Positions 49,757 to 61,800 of a stretch of 64,000 bases of DNA are shown here, one piece after another; positions within the stretch are counted from its first letter, which is position 1; every line of letters starts with the position of its first letter. A program made the position numbers and the translations under genes. This DNA comes from Selaginella moellendorffii (lineage: Eukaryota > Plantae > Lycopodiophyta), in NCBI RefSeq assembly GCF_000143415.4, contig NW_003314295.1, positions 186,001 through 250,000 on the forward strand. The letters run 5' to 3'. The notes below the pieces were generated by a model. That model had not been told where the DNA came from. It saw nothing but the letters and a program-made list of their open reading frames with translations, and did not search any database.

Positions 49757-52513
49757 GATACTTGTCACGGACATGGGGGATATGGATGAGTTCCATGCCT
49801 TCATATCAGGTTTGCAAACCTGGGCTCGCGGTGAGGTGATGCGTTGGAACCCAACCAACTACAAGGAAATGTTGGATGCGGCGATCAAGGTGCATTTCAA
49901 CGATAACTTACGAAAGGGGAACACGATGGGGTCGTGGTCCACGCTTAGCAAAGGGGCCAATCCAAGGGGACGTATAGCAGAGGGAAATTCAAGAAGAGTT
50001 TCTCTAAGAATGAGTCCTTTCCAAAAAGGCAAATCTGGCAGCCAGCGAGCAAATACGTGGGGGAGTCAAGCAAAAAGAGACAAACCCACGGATAAAAAGG
50101 TCAAGTCGTATAGCAGCGTGGGAAACAACGTATGCTACAACTGCGGTGAAGCGGGACACTTTTCGAGGGAATGTCCCTACCCGAAGAAGGCCAGAGCCAA
50201 TATGGCCATCAAGTCGGGTGAAGTCCAAACTAAGGTATGTGATCTAGTCCCTAACTCAAAGTTACTCATTACACAAGCAACTTTGGTAGAGAGTCGTTCA
50301 CAACATCTACTAGCCTCCGAGGGAAGCTCGGAGGTAGCTTTGTTAAAATCCTTATTGACATGGGTGCTTCAGATAATTTTGTGGTTGCAAACATAATCTG
50401 GCAAGCCGGACTAATGGTGTAGCGGCTAAGCGAACCAAGGACTATAGAGTTTGTTCAAGGTAACCAAAGCACCGATGAGGTTCTTCAACAAGCGAGAGTC
50501 GAAGTAGGGACATGGAAAGTAAACATGGATTTCACCGTGTTGGACATGGGGGGATTTGATGTGATCTTTGGAATGGATTGCTTCAATCGGTTCGTGGTAG
50601 CCCTGCATGGACAAGGTAGAAACCTTGTGGTACTGGCGAATGCCCAAGGAAGAAGATCTAAGGTGGAGGCCTAAGATCTAAAGGTAGGGCAAAGCAAGGC
50701 CAAAGAGTCTTGCTTAAACCTGGTGTTCACGAGAGGACAACTCACTAAAAGAACTAAGGCAGCATTTTTGTGCTTACTCTCGGTGAAGAGTGACAAAAAT
50801 ATATGAACGGAAGAAGTACCTTTAGTGATCCAGCAGGTGTTGGACCAATTCCAAGATACCATGCCGGAGGAGCTACCAGTGGGGTTGCCCCTCACACGAC
50901 CGATAGAACATAAGATTGAGCTAGTTGAAGGTGCTGAGGCGGTGGTTCGTCCCCCTTATCGTTTAAACGAAAAAGAATTCGAGGAGCTCAAGTGCTAACT
51001 AGAGGAGTTGGTGGACAAAGGGTATGTTAGATTAAGCAAGTCGCCATATGAGGCATCAGTGTTATTTGTGAAAAAGAAAGATAGATCTATGCGCATGTGC
51101 ATAAACTACCAGTTGCTCAACAAGTATACAAAGAAGAACAAGTACCCTTTGCCAAGGATTGAGGACCTGTTCGATAGGTTGGGAAAGGCAAAATACTTCT
51201 CGAGGATTGACTTGAGGTCGGGATACTACCAGATCAGGGTAGCAGAGTAAGATGTCGAGAAGACAACTTGTCGAACGAGGTATGGGAGCTTTGAGTTTTT
51301 GGTGATGCCCTTTGGGCTGTGCAATGTGCCAGCAACATTTTCGGCATTGATGAACCATATCTTTGTACCCTATCTAGATCACTTTGTGGTTGTTTATATC
51401 GACGACATCCTGATCTATAGCGAGACACTAGAGGAGCATGCCGAACACTTGGCAAAGGTGTTTGAGAAACTAAGGGCACACAAACTGTATGCTCGGGAGA
51501 CTAGACCGATTGGGTAAGTCATTTGGGACTTGCAGAAATGTGTTATAACATCTCACTACATTCGAGTATCGGGGTGAGTCCATGGGAAGTCATCAATGGG
51601 CGAGCTATTGAAGGTCCTATGGAACTCGGCGTGGCCGAGTATCATGAGGAGTTACCCGCAGTGGAGGCATTCACGGCGGAAAGACTCAGCATTTGGAATC
51701 TAGTGAGGAATTCCTTGGAACGAGCTCAACAAAGGCAAACCAAGTACATGAACCAAAAGCGCTGGGATGTAGAGTTCCAAGCTGGGGAGAAGGTGTGGCT
51801 GAACACCAAGAACCTCAGGCTACCAAGTGGGATCAGCTGGAAGTTGACCCAAAAGTAAAAATGCATGTATTCCTGTAAATGAATTGATCTTGAGTTCCTT
51901 AAGCAGGTTCGCGGGGCCTTACGAGATTGAAGCACGAATTGGTAAAGTGGATTACCGTCTCCGACTTCCTCGAGAGATGGGGAAGATACACCCAATATTC
52001 CATGTGAACTTACTCAAGCTATACTTTGAGGATCCACTTCACAAGGACTAAGTAAAACCTTTACCTGAGGTTATCCAAGGGGAAGAGGAATACGAAGTCG
52101 ATGCCATCCTCAATGCGCGCAAGAGCAAGTGACAAGGACGCGAGATGAGAGAGTTCCATGTGAAGTGGAAAGGATTTCCACACTGCGAAGCAACATGGGA
52201 ACCGGAGGAGAACCTAGCGAACGTGGGAGATCTAGTGGAGGAATTTTTGCAAGGCAGAACTCTATGTACTTATGCAAAGTTCAATTAAAATATCAATTTG
52301 TGAAGTTGAGCAATGACATATGTTAGGACTCGAAGGCGCGCTGAAGGTAAGCTAATTAGCATGGGTTAGCTAGGTCGACCAGACGTAGGGCACTACGCCC
52401 GACTCCCCGCGGGGATGTCGAATCCGTAGACATATTCTATGAAGGTTGGGTTCGAGTCCCAACCCCCTAGTAAAGCAAGGCTAGGTTCAAGTCCCGACCC
52501 CATACTAGGGTGT
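49757..52513 (+). mobile_element. Second family D copy (gag 3', PR, RT, deletion, INT C-terminus, chromodomain)
   Basis: Highly similar to 46190-47875; jumps at ~51495 to the INT C-terminus; chromodomain EYEVDAILNAR...FHVKWKGFPHCEATWEPEENL at ~52088-52250. Confidence 0.9.
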
Positions 52514-52899
52514 CTCAACCAAAAACAAGGTTCAGGGGACTCCAACTTTGAACCCAGGGCTGCATTGGAGCCATAGATTAAATCATGCATAGCATATAGT
52601 ATATGCTAGCAGTTAGAACCGCTAGCCTTTCAAAGGGGGGAATCCGAATTGTGGATCCCTATCTCCATTCCATCGTTTCTCTTATCAATACACAGCATTC
52701 TTTTACTCGTGCTTTTTCTCTGCCCTTGGAGATCGGGCCCTTTTCTCTTTTGTTTTCTTACTAACAATAGATTTCTAGAGAAGAGGAGTTTTCACACCTT
52801 TTCATTTGGCAACCACGGCTTTTGAATTCCCCTTCATGTTCACAAATTCTTCTGTTCTTTCTCCATTCCCTGTGCGCAGATACCAAGAACGATCAAGCA

Positions 52900-53192
52900 A
52901 TCATGCTTTATTTCGTTAAAGTGAAACTTATTCAGTAAAGTGGGACATTAATTAGCATGTGTCCACATGCCATTTCCTAGTACTTAATTAATATTTATTA
53001 ATATTTCTATCAGTTTTTTAATTTATTTTTTATATTTCACAATATTATAACACAAAATCATATGAAAAGTTTTTAATTTATAAATTATAAAGCTAAAACT
53101 TCAATTTTTTATTATTGTTATAAAAATGGCATGTGGCCACACACCATAAGTGGGATAATGAAAAGTTCCACTTTAACGAAATAAAGCATAAT
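52900..53192. repeat. MITE-like foldback element (~293 bp)
   Basis: ATCATGCTTTATTTCGTTAAAGTGAAACTT (52900-52929) vs AAGTTCCACTTTAACGAAATAAAGCATAAT (53163-53192), 28/30 complementary; inner IR CCACATGCCATTT / AAATGGCATGTGG; AT-rich core. Confidence 0.65.
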
Positions 53193-53872
53193 CTACCCAA
53201 CTTGCCAAAATTCACAACCCAATTCCCCACCCAATTCGCTACCCAATTCGCCACGCAATTCGCCCAAATTCAGCAAGCAAATGCCACCACCAACATGGAT
53301 CAACGGCGTCCAAGCGGTTGCTGCCCAACACAGTAAAAACAGACACTTTCCATAGGAAATCTTTGAAGAATCTAAAAGCTCTCTCTCAAGATCTCCAAGT
53401 CCAATCACCGACAGAGAACACCAACGACCCTCTTTGACAAGAAACTCCAATCTAGCAGCACCTTCATCAGCGGATGCCCTTAGCAGCTTCATTGGCGAAC
53501 TCCATCTCCGAGCACAAGACCACCCACTCCACGCTCGAGACATCAACCAACGCACTCAACACAAACCGACACCACTACCGAAACGAACACATCTTCCGTG
53601 CAGTCGTCGACCCAGCAATCCTAGCATTCAGACACAATTCCAATTCTTGCGCCCACTCCAAATACCAAAGCACATCCTCAAAACCTACACCAACGACGAA
53701 CCCATCACTCTGTTACCCGGTATCGGACAACTTGTCGAGGGACAACTTCACAACACACCACCGATTTTTCAACCCCTCCGACAAAGTCAGCAGCTCAGCA
53801 TTGAAACAACAGTCTGAACTCGGTTCGAAATCAACACGTTTGCTGCAACAACTCTCGCCAATCACACCATCG

Positions 53873-56800
53873 TGTTAGGCACCAGCTTTGACTACGTGGT
53901 CAACGTCGGTCAAAGGGAGGCTCAAGGGTATATTAAGGCATGTTAGGGTAAGGGACTTAACCTACCCTAGGGCTCACAATGGAGCGGCGGCGCAGTGGAG
54001 CTTTTGAGGTAGCTCGGGGGTGGTTGGGTGGTGAGGAACCTCAAGAGGTGGCGTAGCATAGTCTAGGGCAACTAGATCTTTGTCTTTTTGCGCCGGATCA
54101 TAACATTGGTATCAGAGAATTGGTTGCGATGGCCGACCAAGCTGAACGCTGGAATCCTATCATCGATGGTGGTGCCGACGGTGGTGCCGACGATGGTGCC
54201 GACGAAGCTGTGGAGATTTGGACCATTCAAGATGTGGTTCATGAGCTGCGAGCCCTTAATAAAAATCAGCAAGAGATGCAAGACGAGATGCATGGCATGA
54301 TGGATACCATGCGTGGGCGTGTTGAGGCACTTGAGGCTGGACGGGGTAGCGCTCCAAGTAAGCCTTCTTTGGTAGATCGACTCAAGATTCCAACCTTTTC
54401 CGGTGATGGTGGTGTGGACGAGTGTCTCGCTTGGCTAGCCAATGTGAAGAAGTTCTTGGCTGCTAGAGGAACTCCAGATGCAGAGGCTTTAGTGGCTATT
54501 CCGATGGTTTTACGTGATGCGGGTCTTCGATGGTGGAATTGGCTTGAGGAGTCCCGTGTTGCGGATAAGAAATCACCAGTATCTACCATGGATGAGTTTG
54601 AGGCTGCTTTCCGTTTACGTTTTGCCCCTCATTACGACGTGGAGAATGCTCGTACAGAACTTCGCCATTTCCAGCAAGGGAAAATGACGCTCGGGGATTA
54701 TATTGAGAAGCTTACTCGCTTGATTAGTCATGTTCTAACGAAGGATCCAGATCAGAACAAATCCTACTTCATTGATGGCCTACATAGTGAGAGCATGCGG
54801 CAACACTTGCGTCATTCTCAGCCTACAAAGAGTTTGGAGGAGCTCTTTGATGCGGCTCGTCGACTTGATAATGACAAGCACAAGTCTCGCAAGCGTTCGC
54901 GGAGTCCTTCTGTCGAGAATCATCGTGATGATCGCCGTGGACACAAGGATGGGAACAAGCATCACAAGTTGAAGTCGGTGGTGACTACCTCGGATGCAAA
55001 GGGGTCCAAGAAGCAGAAGTTCTTTGTGAAGAATTATAGATAGGGTTGTCATCATTGCGGCGAACTTGGACACTATAAGGCTGATTGTCCGCAGTTGAAG
55101 AACAAGCAGCAGGACAAGAAGAATGGCCAATCTTCTTCTCACGGTAAGTCCGATACTAAAAAGTTGCAAACTTTGCAGCGTGAGGAGGAGGAGAATGACC
55201 ATTCCGGTCGGAGGAAGCGACTTTCGATCGTTGCTCGTCAGCTCAACTGTGTGTGGAATAAGATGGAGCTTGAGGATACACGTGAATCAGCTTTAATGCT
55301 GGAGGGTGTGTTCCGTGGCGATCCAGTGTGGATTTTACTGGATAGTGGGAGCGATGACAACTTTGTTTCGGCAAAGTTTGTTGCGGAGCATCACCTGAAC
55401 ACACGTGGAGTTCTTCCATACATAGTGGAAGGTGCAGCTACCTCTGCTCAGCATTTTGATGCTTGTGTCGAGGGGCTGGAAGTGTTGGTTGGCAAAACCA
55501 CACTTGTGGAGACTTTTTATCTCGCGGATATCCATCGTGTGGATCTCATTCTTGGGATGCCATGGTTGGTGAAGGTGGATCCAGAGATAAAGTGGAGCAT
55601 TAAGCGTATCTCGCTGGAGTATGGTGGCGTTAAAGATGTGTGGTTTGGCGAGGGCGTTCAACCACCAGTTGTTATGCTCTCTACTACATCTTTGAAGCGG
55701 GCTTGTCGTAATGGAAAAGCACTTTCAAGTTACTTGTTGTTTGTTCGTGACTTGGGGGACCAAGGCACGTGTGGGGGAGAAGCAGCAGTACGGGATGTAC
55801 TTGATGAGTTTTCTGATGTTTTTCCATCTGAACTTCCTCATGGATTGCCTCCATTACGAGGTGTGGAGCATGGGATTACATTGGAGCCGGGGACGCGGCC
55901 AATTTACCGGCGTCCATTTCGGTTAAGTTATGCGGAGGAGCAAGAAGTTCAACGACAAGTCAAGGAGTTACTTGAGTTTGGATTTATTCAGCCAAGTAAG
56001 TCTTCGTTTGGTGCTCCGGTCTTGCTTGTGAAGAAGAAGGACGGTTCAATGCGGATGTGTATTGACTACCGTGCTTTAAACAAGAAGGCAGTGAAGGACA
56101 AGATGCCGATGCCACGTATGGATGATATCCTAGACAAGCTTGGTGAAGCACGAGTGTTTACCAAGATTGATCTGAGGAGTGGATATCATCAGATTGCAAT
56201 GGATGATGCATCTATCTCCAAGACGGCATTCAACACAAGCTTCGGACATTTTGAGTTTATTGTTATGCCGTTTGGTTTGACGAATGCACCGGCCACATTT
56301 ACTCGGTTGATGACAGAGGTATTTGGGCGTTATCTTCATGAGTTTGTGGAGATTTTCTTGGACGATATTCTTGTTTTTAGCAAGAATATGGAGGAGCATA
56401 GGGTGCATTTGCGCAAGGTTCTTTTGTTACTTCGAGACAGCAAACTTTATGCGAAGAAGAGCAAATGTGAATTTGCAAAGTCGGAGGTGGAATATCTAGG
56501 CCATATTGTGACATCTAAGGGTGTCAAGACGGATCCAAGGAAGGTGGCTATGGTGGAAAACTGGCCTACACCGACTACAGTGGCCGAGTTGCGCAGTTTT
56601 CTTGGTATGGCTAGTTACTACCGACGTTTCCAGCATAAGTTTGCAGAGGTGGCTATTCCGTTGACGCGGTTGTTACGCAAGAATGTGCCATTCGAGTGGA
56701 AGAAGCCACAAGAGGAGAGTTTTGTGGTGCTGAAACGTTTGTTGATCGAGGCTCCAGTGCTTCGCATTGCTGATCCATCGAAACCTTATGAGGTGACATG

Positions 56801-58800
56801 CGATGCGAGTGGTTATGCATTGGGAGGAGTTCTCATGCAAGAGGGACAGCCTATTGCATATGAAAGTCAAACTTTGAATTCCGCAGAGCAACACTATTCC
56901 ACATATGAGCAAGAGTTACTCTCTATTGTTCATGCTTTGCGGACGTGGCGGCACTATCTTTATGGTGCAGTGTTCGTGGTGTTGACAGATCACAAACCAC
57001 TTGTGTATCTTTTCACACAGAAGGAGTTGAACACTAGGCAAGCTCATTGGATGGTCAAACTCATGGAGTTTGGGGAGTTTCCTATTGAGCATCGTCCGGG
57101 AAAATCAAATGTGGTGGCGGATGCTTTATCTCGTGTTCGTCATGTGACGACGTTACGAACACGATTTTGTCATCATTTGAGTAAGGTGGTCAGCGAGTTT
57201 GGGCAGTTGGTTGAGCATGCTCAGGCTCAGGATGCTGAGGTGGCCTCTTTGCGAGACCAGATGGAAGCTCCTTTCTCATTGGTGGATGGGATTCTCTACT
57301 ACAATGGCCGTGTCTATTTGCCACGGGTGGATGCGTTAATTACTCAAGTTTTATTCCACTATCATGATCGTCCAGAGGCCGGTCATTTTGGGGGGAAGAA
57401 GACGTATGAGTTGATTAAGCGCAACTTTTATTGGAGGAATATGAAGGCTGATATCCTCAAGTATTGTAAATCATGCGAGCTTTGTCAGCGGGTTAAGGTG
57501 CCACGGGAGAAGCCGGGGGGACTTTTGCAACCTTTACCTATTCCTCAGAGCCGTTGGTGTAGTATCTCTATGGACTTCATCACTTGTTTGCCACGAACAC
57601 AGAGGCAAAAGGAGCAAGTATGGGTTATAGTAGATCGGTTGACGAAGTATGTGCGGTTGTTGGCTCTTCGGAAGACTGTCACTGCCTCAGACTTGGCTGC
57701 GGTTTATTTGGAGAAGGTTTTTCCTGATTTTGGTTTGCCGGAGGACATCATTAGTGATCGAGATTCAAAGTTCACCAGTGGATTTTGAAAAAGCTTTGCA
57801 AAGGCTATGCAAGTGACTTTGAAACTCTCGAGTGGAGATCATCCTCAGACGGATGGGCAAACTGAGCGTGTGAATCAGGTGGTGGAGGATATGCTACGCT
57901 GTAGCATTGGTCAAAGGCAAGGACAGTGGGATCTATATCTTCCGTTGGTGCAATTTGCTTACAACAATAGCCAACACAGTGGAACCAAGCTAAGTCCTTA
58001 CTTTGCGATGTTTGGAAGGCATCCTCGAACAGCGGTGGAGTTGGGATTGCATTTGAGTAAGGACGTTCAAGAAAAGCTTGATTCCGAGGCAGCTGATCTG
58101 GCCACAGAACTTGATGAGATTCTGGTGGTATGCAAACGGAATTTGCAAGCAGCTCAGGATAGAGCGGAGAAGTTTGCTAATGAGCATCGCCAATTCCGGG
58201 AATATAAGGTGGGTGATCTCGTCTTCGTGCGAGTGATCTTTCCATCAAGTGAGCGGCGGAACACCTTGGTGCCTTTACGGATAGGGAAGAGTGATAAACT
58301 CTCCTATCGATATGCTGGTCCATATGAAGTGCTGGAGCGCATTGGTAAAGCGGCTTATCGGGTGCGGCTGCCAGCTGGGGTGAAAATTCATCTGGTATTT
58401 TATGTCAGCCAGTTGAAAGGTGTACTATCTCGGAGTGACGGGCCCAATGCCTCCTTGATGTATACGGCTGTGGAAGATGGACCAGGAGCTTGAGCAGGAT
58501 TCCCCAGAAAGGGTGATCACCGGTACAACTCGTCCTTGGGACAAGGACTTTGTTGGGGGGGAAGAATTGTTAGGCGCCAGCTTTGACTACGTGGTCAACG
58601 TCGGTCAAAGGGAGGCTCAAGGGTATATTAAGGCATGTTAGGGTAAGGGACTTAACCTACCCTAGGGCTCACAGTGGAGCGGCGGCGCAGTGGAGCTTTT
58701 GAGGTAGCTCGGGGGTGGTTGGGTGGTGAGGAACCTCAAGAGGTGGCGTAGCATAGTCTAGGGCAACTAGATCTTTGTCTTTTTGCGCCGGATCATAACA
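53873..58800 (+). mobile_element. Young full-length Ty3/Gypsy element (Reina-like chromovirus): 233-bp LTRs, 5-bp TSD CATCG
   Basis: LTRs 53873-54105 and 58568-58800 (2 differences); PBS-Met at 54107-54117; PPT at 58555-58566; TSD at 53868-53872 and 58801-58805. Clade assignment is inferred. Confidence 0.96.
54129..58493 (+). pseudogene. Single-frame gag-pol with two premature stops
   Basis: Same frame throughout; TAG at 55041 just before CHHCGELGHYKADC; TGA at 57786 in F(W)K; LLDSGS, FLDD, HHCC, GPY. Confidence 0.9.
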
Positions 58801-58805
58801 CATCG

Positions 58806-61800
58806 CCCAATCCGGACTCGAACAACTTGATGACATTATCGAAGAAATCATTTCAGACAAACCCGAATATCCGAAACTCTTCATTGAACTCCATCTCGGC
58901 ACCAGCAAGTGGAAGACCAGTTTGCATACTGCACCAGCACACTCGACCTAACACAACTTGTCTGAACACAACGCAACCCAACACACACCACCGTCGATAT
59001 TTGCACTGGAAAGAAAGAACAACCTTACAACGACTTTATCGACAATTGGCCCGCCAACAGTCTTCCCGAAGTTCTGCCCGAACTGCATGATTGACTGCAG
59101 ACACGAATCTGACACTAACAACCAGTAGAAGAATGCATGTATCCAAAACCATGAAGAACATCCAGCAAGTCGGAAGAAGACCGACAACGGCTTATCCGAC
59201 ATTTAGATAGAGATTTGAAAAATTTAGAAACAAAGAGAAAGAAAGACCAAGAGAAGTTGAATCAAGTTATTAGACCCTCCAAGAGAGAGAATTACATCCG
59301 ACACGAATTATTACCACGAGCTAACTCCGACGAACCAGTATCGAACATCCGCGAAGAATACGACGACTACACAACACCACCGGACACACCACCGGCAGCA
59401 CCCTCGACGGCACACACCAAAGTGCCCGAGCCTGAATCAACACCCTCGATGGCACCTACCGAAGTGCCCGAGCCCGACCAAACATTCGAGCAGTCGACAC
59501 AGACTACGCCCGAGCAACAAAACATTTTTCAAGCAGTATACAACCACTTCAAAGGTACATTCACCAACCCCATCTACAGTGACGACAAATGACCAAGTTT
59601 CCTGCCCAACTTCACAGACTTCACCAAACAAGCACCATTTTCGCCATACCGACCGATCTTCACAACACCAATATATCCCACATTTGCTTCCAACATCTAC
59701 CGAAGCCCGCTATCAGCAAGACCTTTCGAACATGCTTTCAACTTCAACGCGCCGACGAGACAACAACTCGACTTCACCAATTACAGTTGCACTCCAATAT
59801 ACCCAGTCAACAGCAGTAAAGATGAACAACCCGAATCGTCCAATAGTCAAGCACTCAACATCAAAAACTCACACCAAGCTGCCGAACACCTACAATCATC
59901 CAACAACAATGTTTGACGAACCAATTGTTGACGACAACAATCTTCCACAGCAACCACAATCACCACACAACTATACGTTTGAAGAACTCTTTGACAATTT
60001 AGAAGAACAACCACAACCAACACAACATAACTCTGACATGTACATTGACAACAAGTTCAAACACCATCTTCCGAAAATCAACACCGGCAAGCAACCCGAC
60101 ACCGACGACGACATCGACGACACACCCGAAAACAGTCCCAACACAGAAGAAAAAAGAAAGAAGAGTTCACTAAACAACAACAACAATTCACCACCTTCCT
60201 CTTACACCAACTTTGCCGTCAACCCCGACAACCCCTTGCTACAAATCACCTTAGGACTCCATAGTGACAACCTGACAAAACAACCTCGACAATACCGACA
60301 TTACTACCAACAGCAAATGGCAGTCACTACTGCCGTTGCCAACATACCTGTCGGAAGACACGTCTCCTATCCACTATTTCATGGTCTGAAGTCAGAAGAT
60401 GCCGAGAAACATGTTGAACAGTTCCGAGAAGCAATCCGACTCAACGGCCAGACGACCGAACTTCCATACTACTTCCGATGTACCCTTCGAAAGAGAGCCA
60501 ACGAATGGGCTCAAACGCTTCCTCAAAATACAAGTTTTGACGACCTCACACTCAAGCTTGTAGACCAATTCAAGTCTTCCCTCACTCAAAGCCAACGACT
60601 TCACAAGATCCAAAAACTCAAGCACAAGTCCGGTCAATCCATCGACGACTACACTCAAACCTTCACTCGACATGCTAGCAAATGTGGCAACAGTGCCACC
60701 GAAACATTACTTTACTAATGGTACATGCATGGACTCTGACGATCCCTCCGAGAAGCGGCAACACACATTAACGTTGCCACTTACCTCGAACTCGCAAGAG
60801 CCCTTCAAGATGTTCAAGCTCGACGAATGACAGCACAAGTAGACGACATGGATAACTCAGATTCTGACAGTAGTTCCGATGACGACTCCGACGATGAACT
60901 CGGAGAGAGCACCAAGTCAAAACTTCGGAAACTCAAAAAAACAATCGACAAGCTCAAGGGAAAAGCCAAGGTCGACATCAAAGAATTTCGATCTGGAATT
61001 TGGTGTACTAAGTGCAAGAACGAAGGACATCCAACAAGTGACTGCAAGCTCCAAATCTCCAAATGCCAGATCTGTACCAAAGAAGGTCATGACGCCAAGA
61101 CTTGCAGATTTTGAAATTCTCCAGAAGTTCAACAAGTTTCGAACTATCCCCGACAGCAGTTTTGACAACCATATCCAAATCAATACTTTGACAATTACCA
61201 GCCACCACCTCTGACAAACTGGAGACCACCGAGAAACAACTTCCAACACCAGAGTCGACAATGGAATGATCAACCTCGCTACAACAACTACAACAATTAC
61301 AACAACGACTACAACAACAACTACAACGATCGACAACACCCGCCGAACCGGAACTACCCAGCAAACCGAGACAATTACAACCAAGGATACCAACAATACC
61401 CAAGATACCAGAACCGAAGATACCAAGGCCAAGGTTATCAAGACTAGGCCTACCAAGGCAACTACAAAAACCGACCATGGCAACCTCGACTTCAACACCA
61501 AGGCTGTCTGCCGAGACTTGGTCCACCGCCTCCTCGACAACAAGATCAGAACCAGCAGCAACCACCAACAACAAGGATGGTCGAGACCGACAAACTACCT
61601 TATGCCGACAATAATGACTCAGATCCTCAAGTCATGGCAGTACAAACCCGAGCACAAATTCGAGCAGAAAAACAACAACAACCGGATAGAGATTCTGGAG
61701 ATAGTGAAGAGAAAGGCCCTGAGAGCCCAACAAAACTCCAGGAATGGAAAAAGAAGCAAAAGTTAGCCGCCAAGATACAACGGCAACTCTCTCTACAACC

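Noticed and set aside
52254-52326. Further intron after the family D chromodomain
   Set aside because: The donor is GT only in the older, deaminated copy and a weak GC in the younger one, and splicing is not needed to restore any motif.
52444-52471. Helitron 3' end (hairpin + CTAG)
   Set aside because: It lies inside sequence shared by two copies of a Gypsy element, with homology continuing past it; no 5' TC end or RepHel was seen.
55041-55043. Programmed stop-codon readthrough between gag and pol
   Set aside because: The stop lies before the Gag zinc knuckle and is most simply CAG>TAG; a second premature stop exists in INT.
60917-61574. Antisense Val/Cys-rich ORFs
   Set aside because: They are shadows of the ACA/CAA-rich gag tract on the plus strand.
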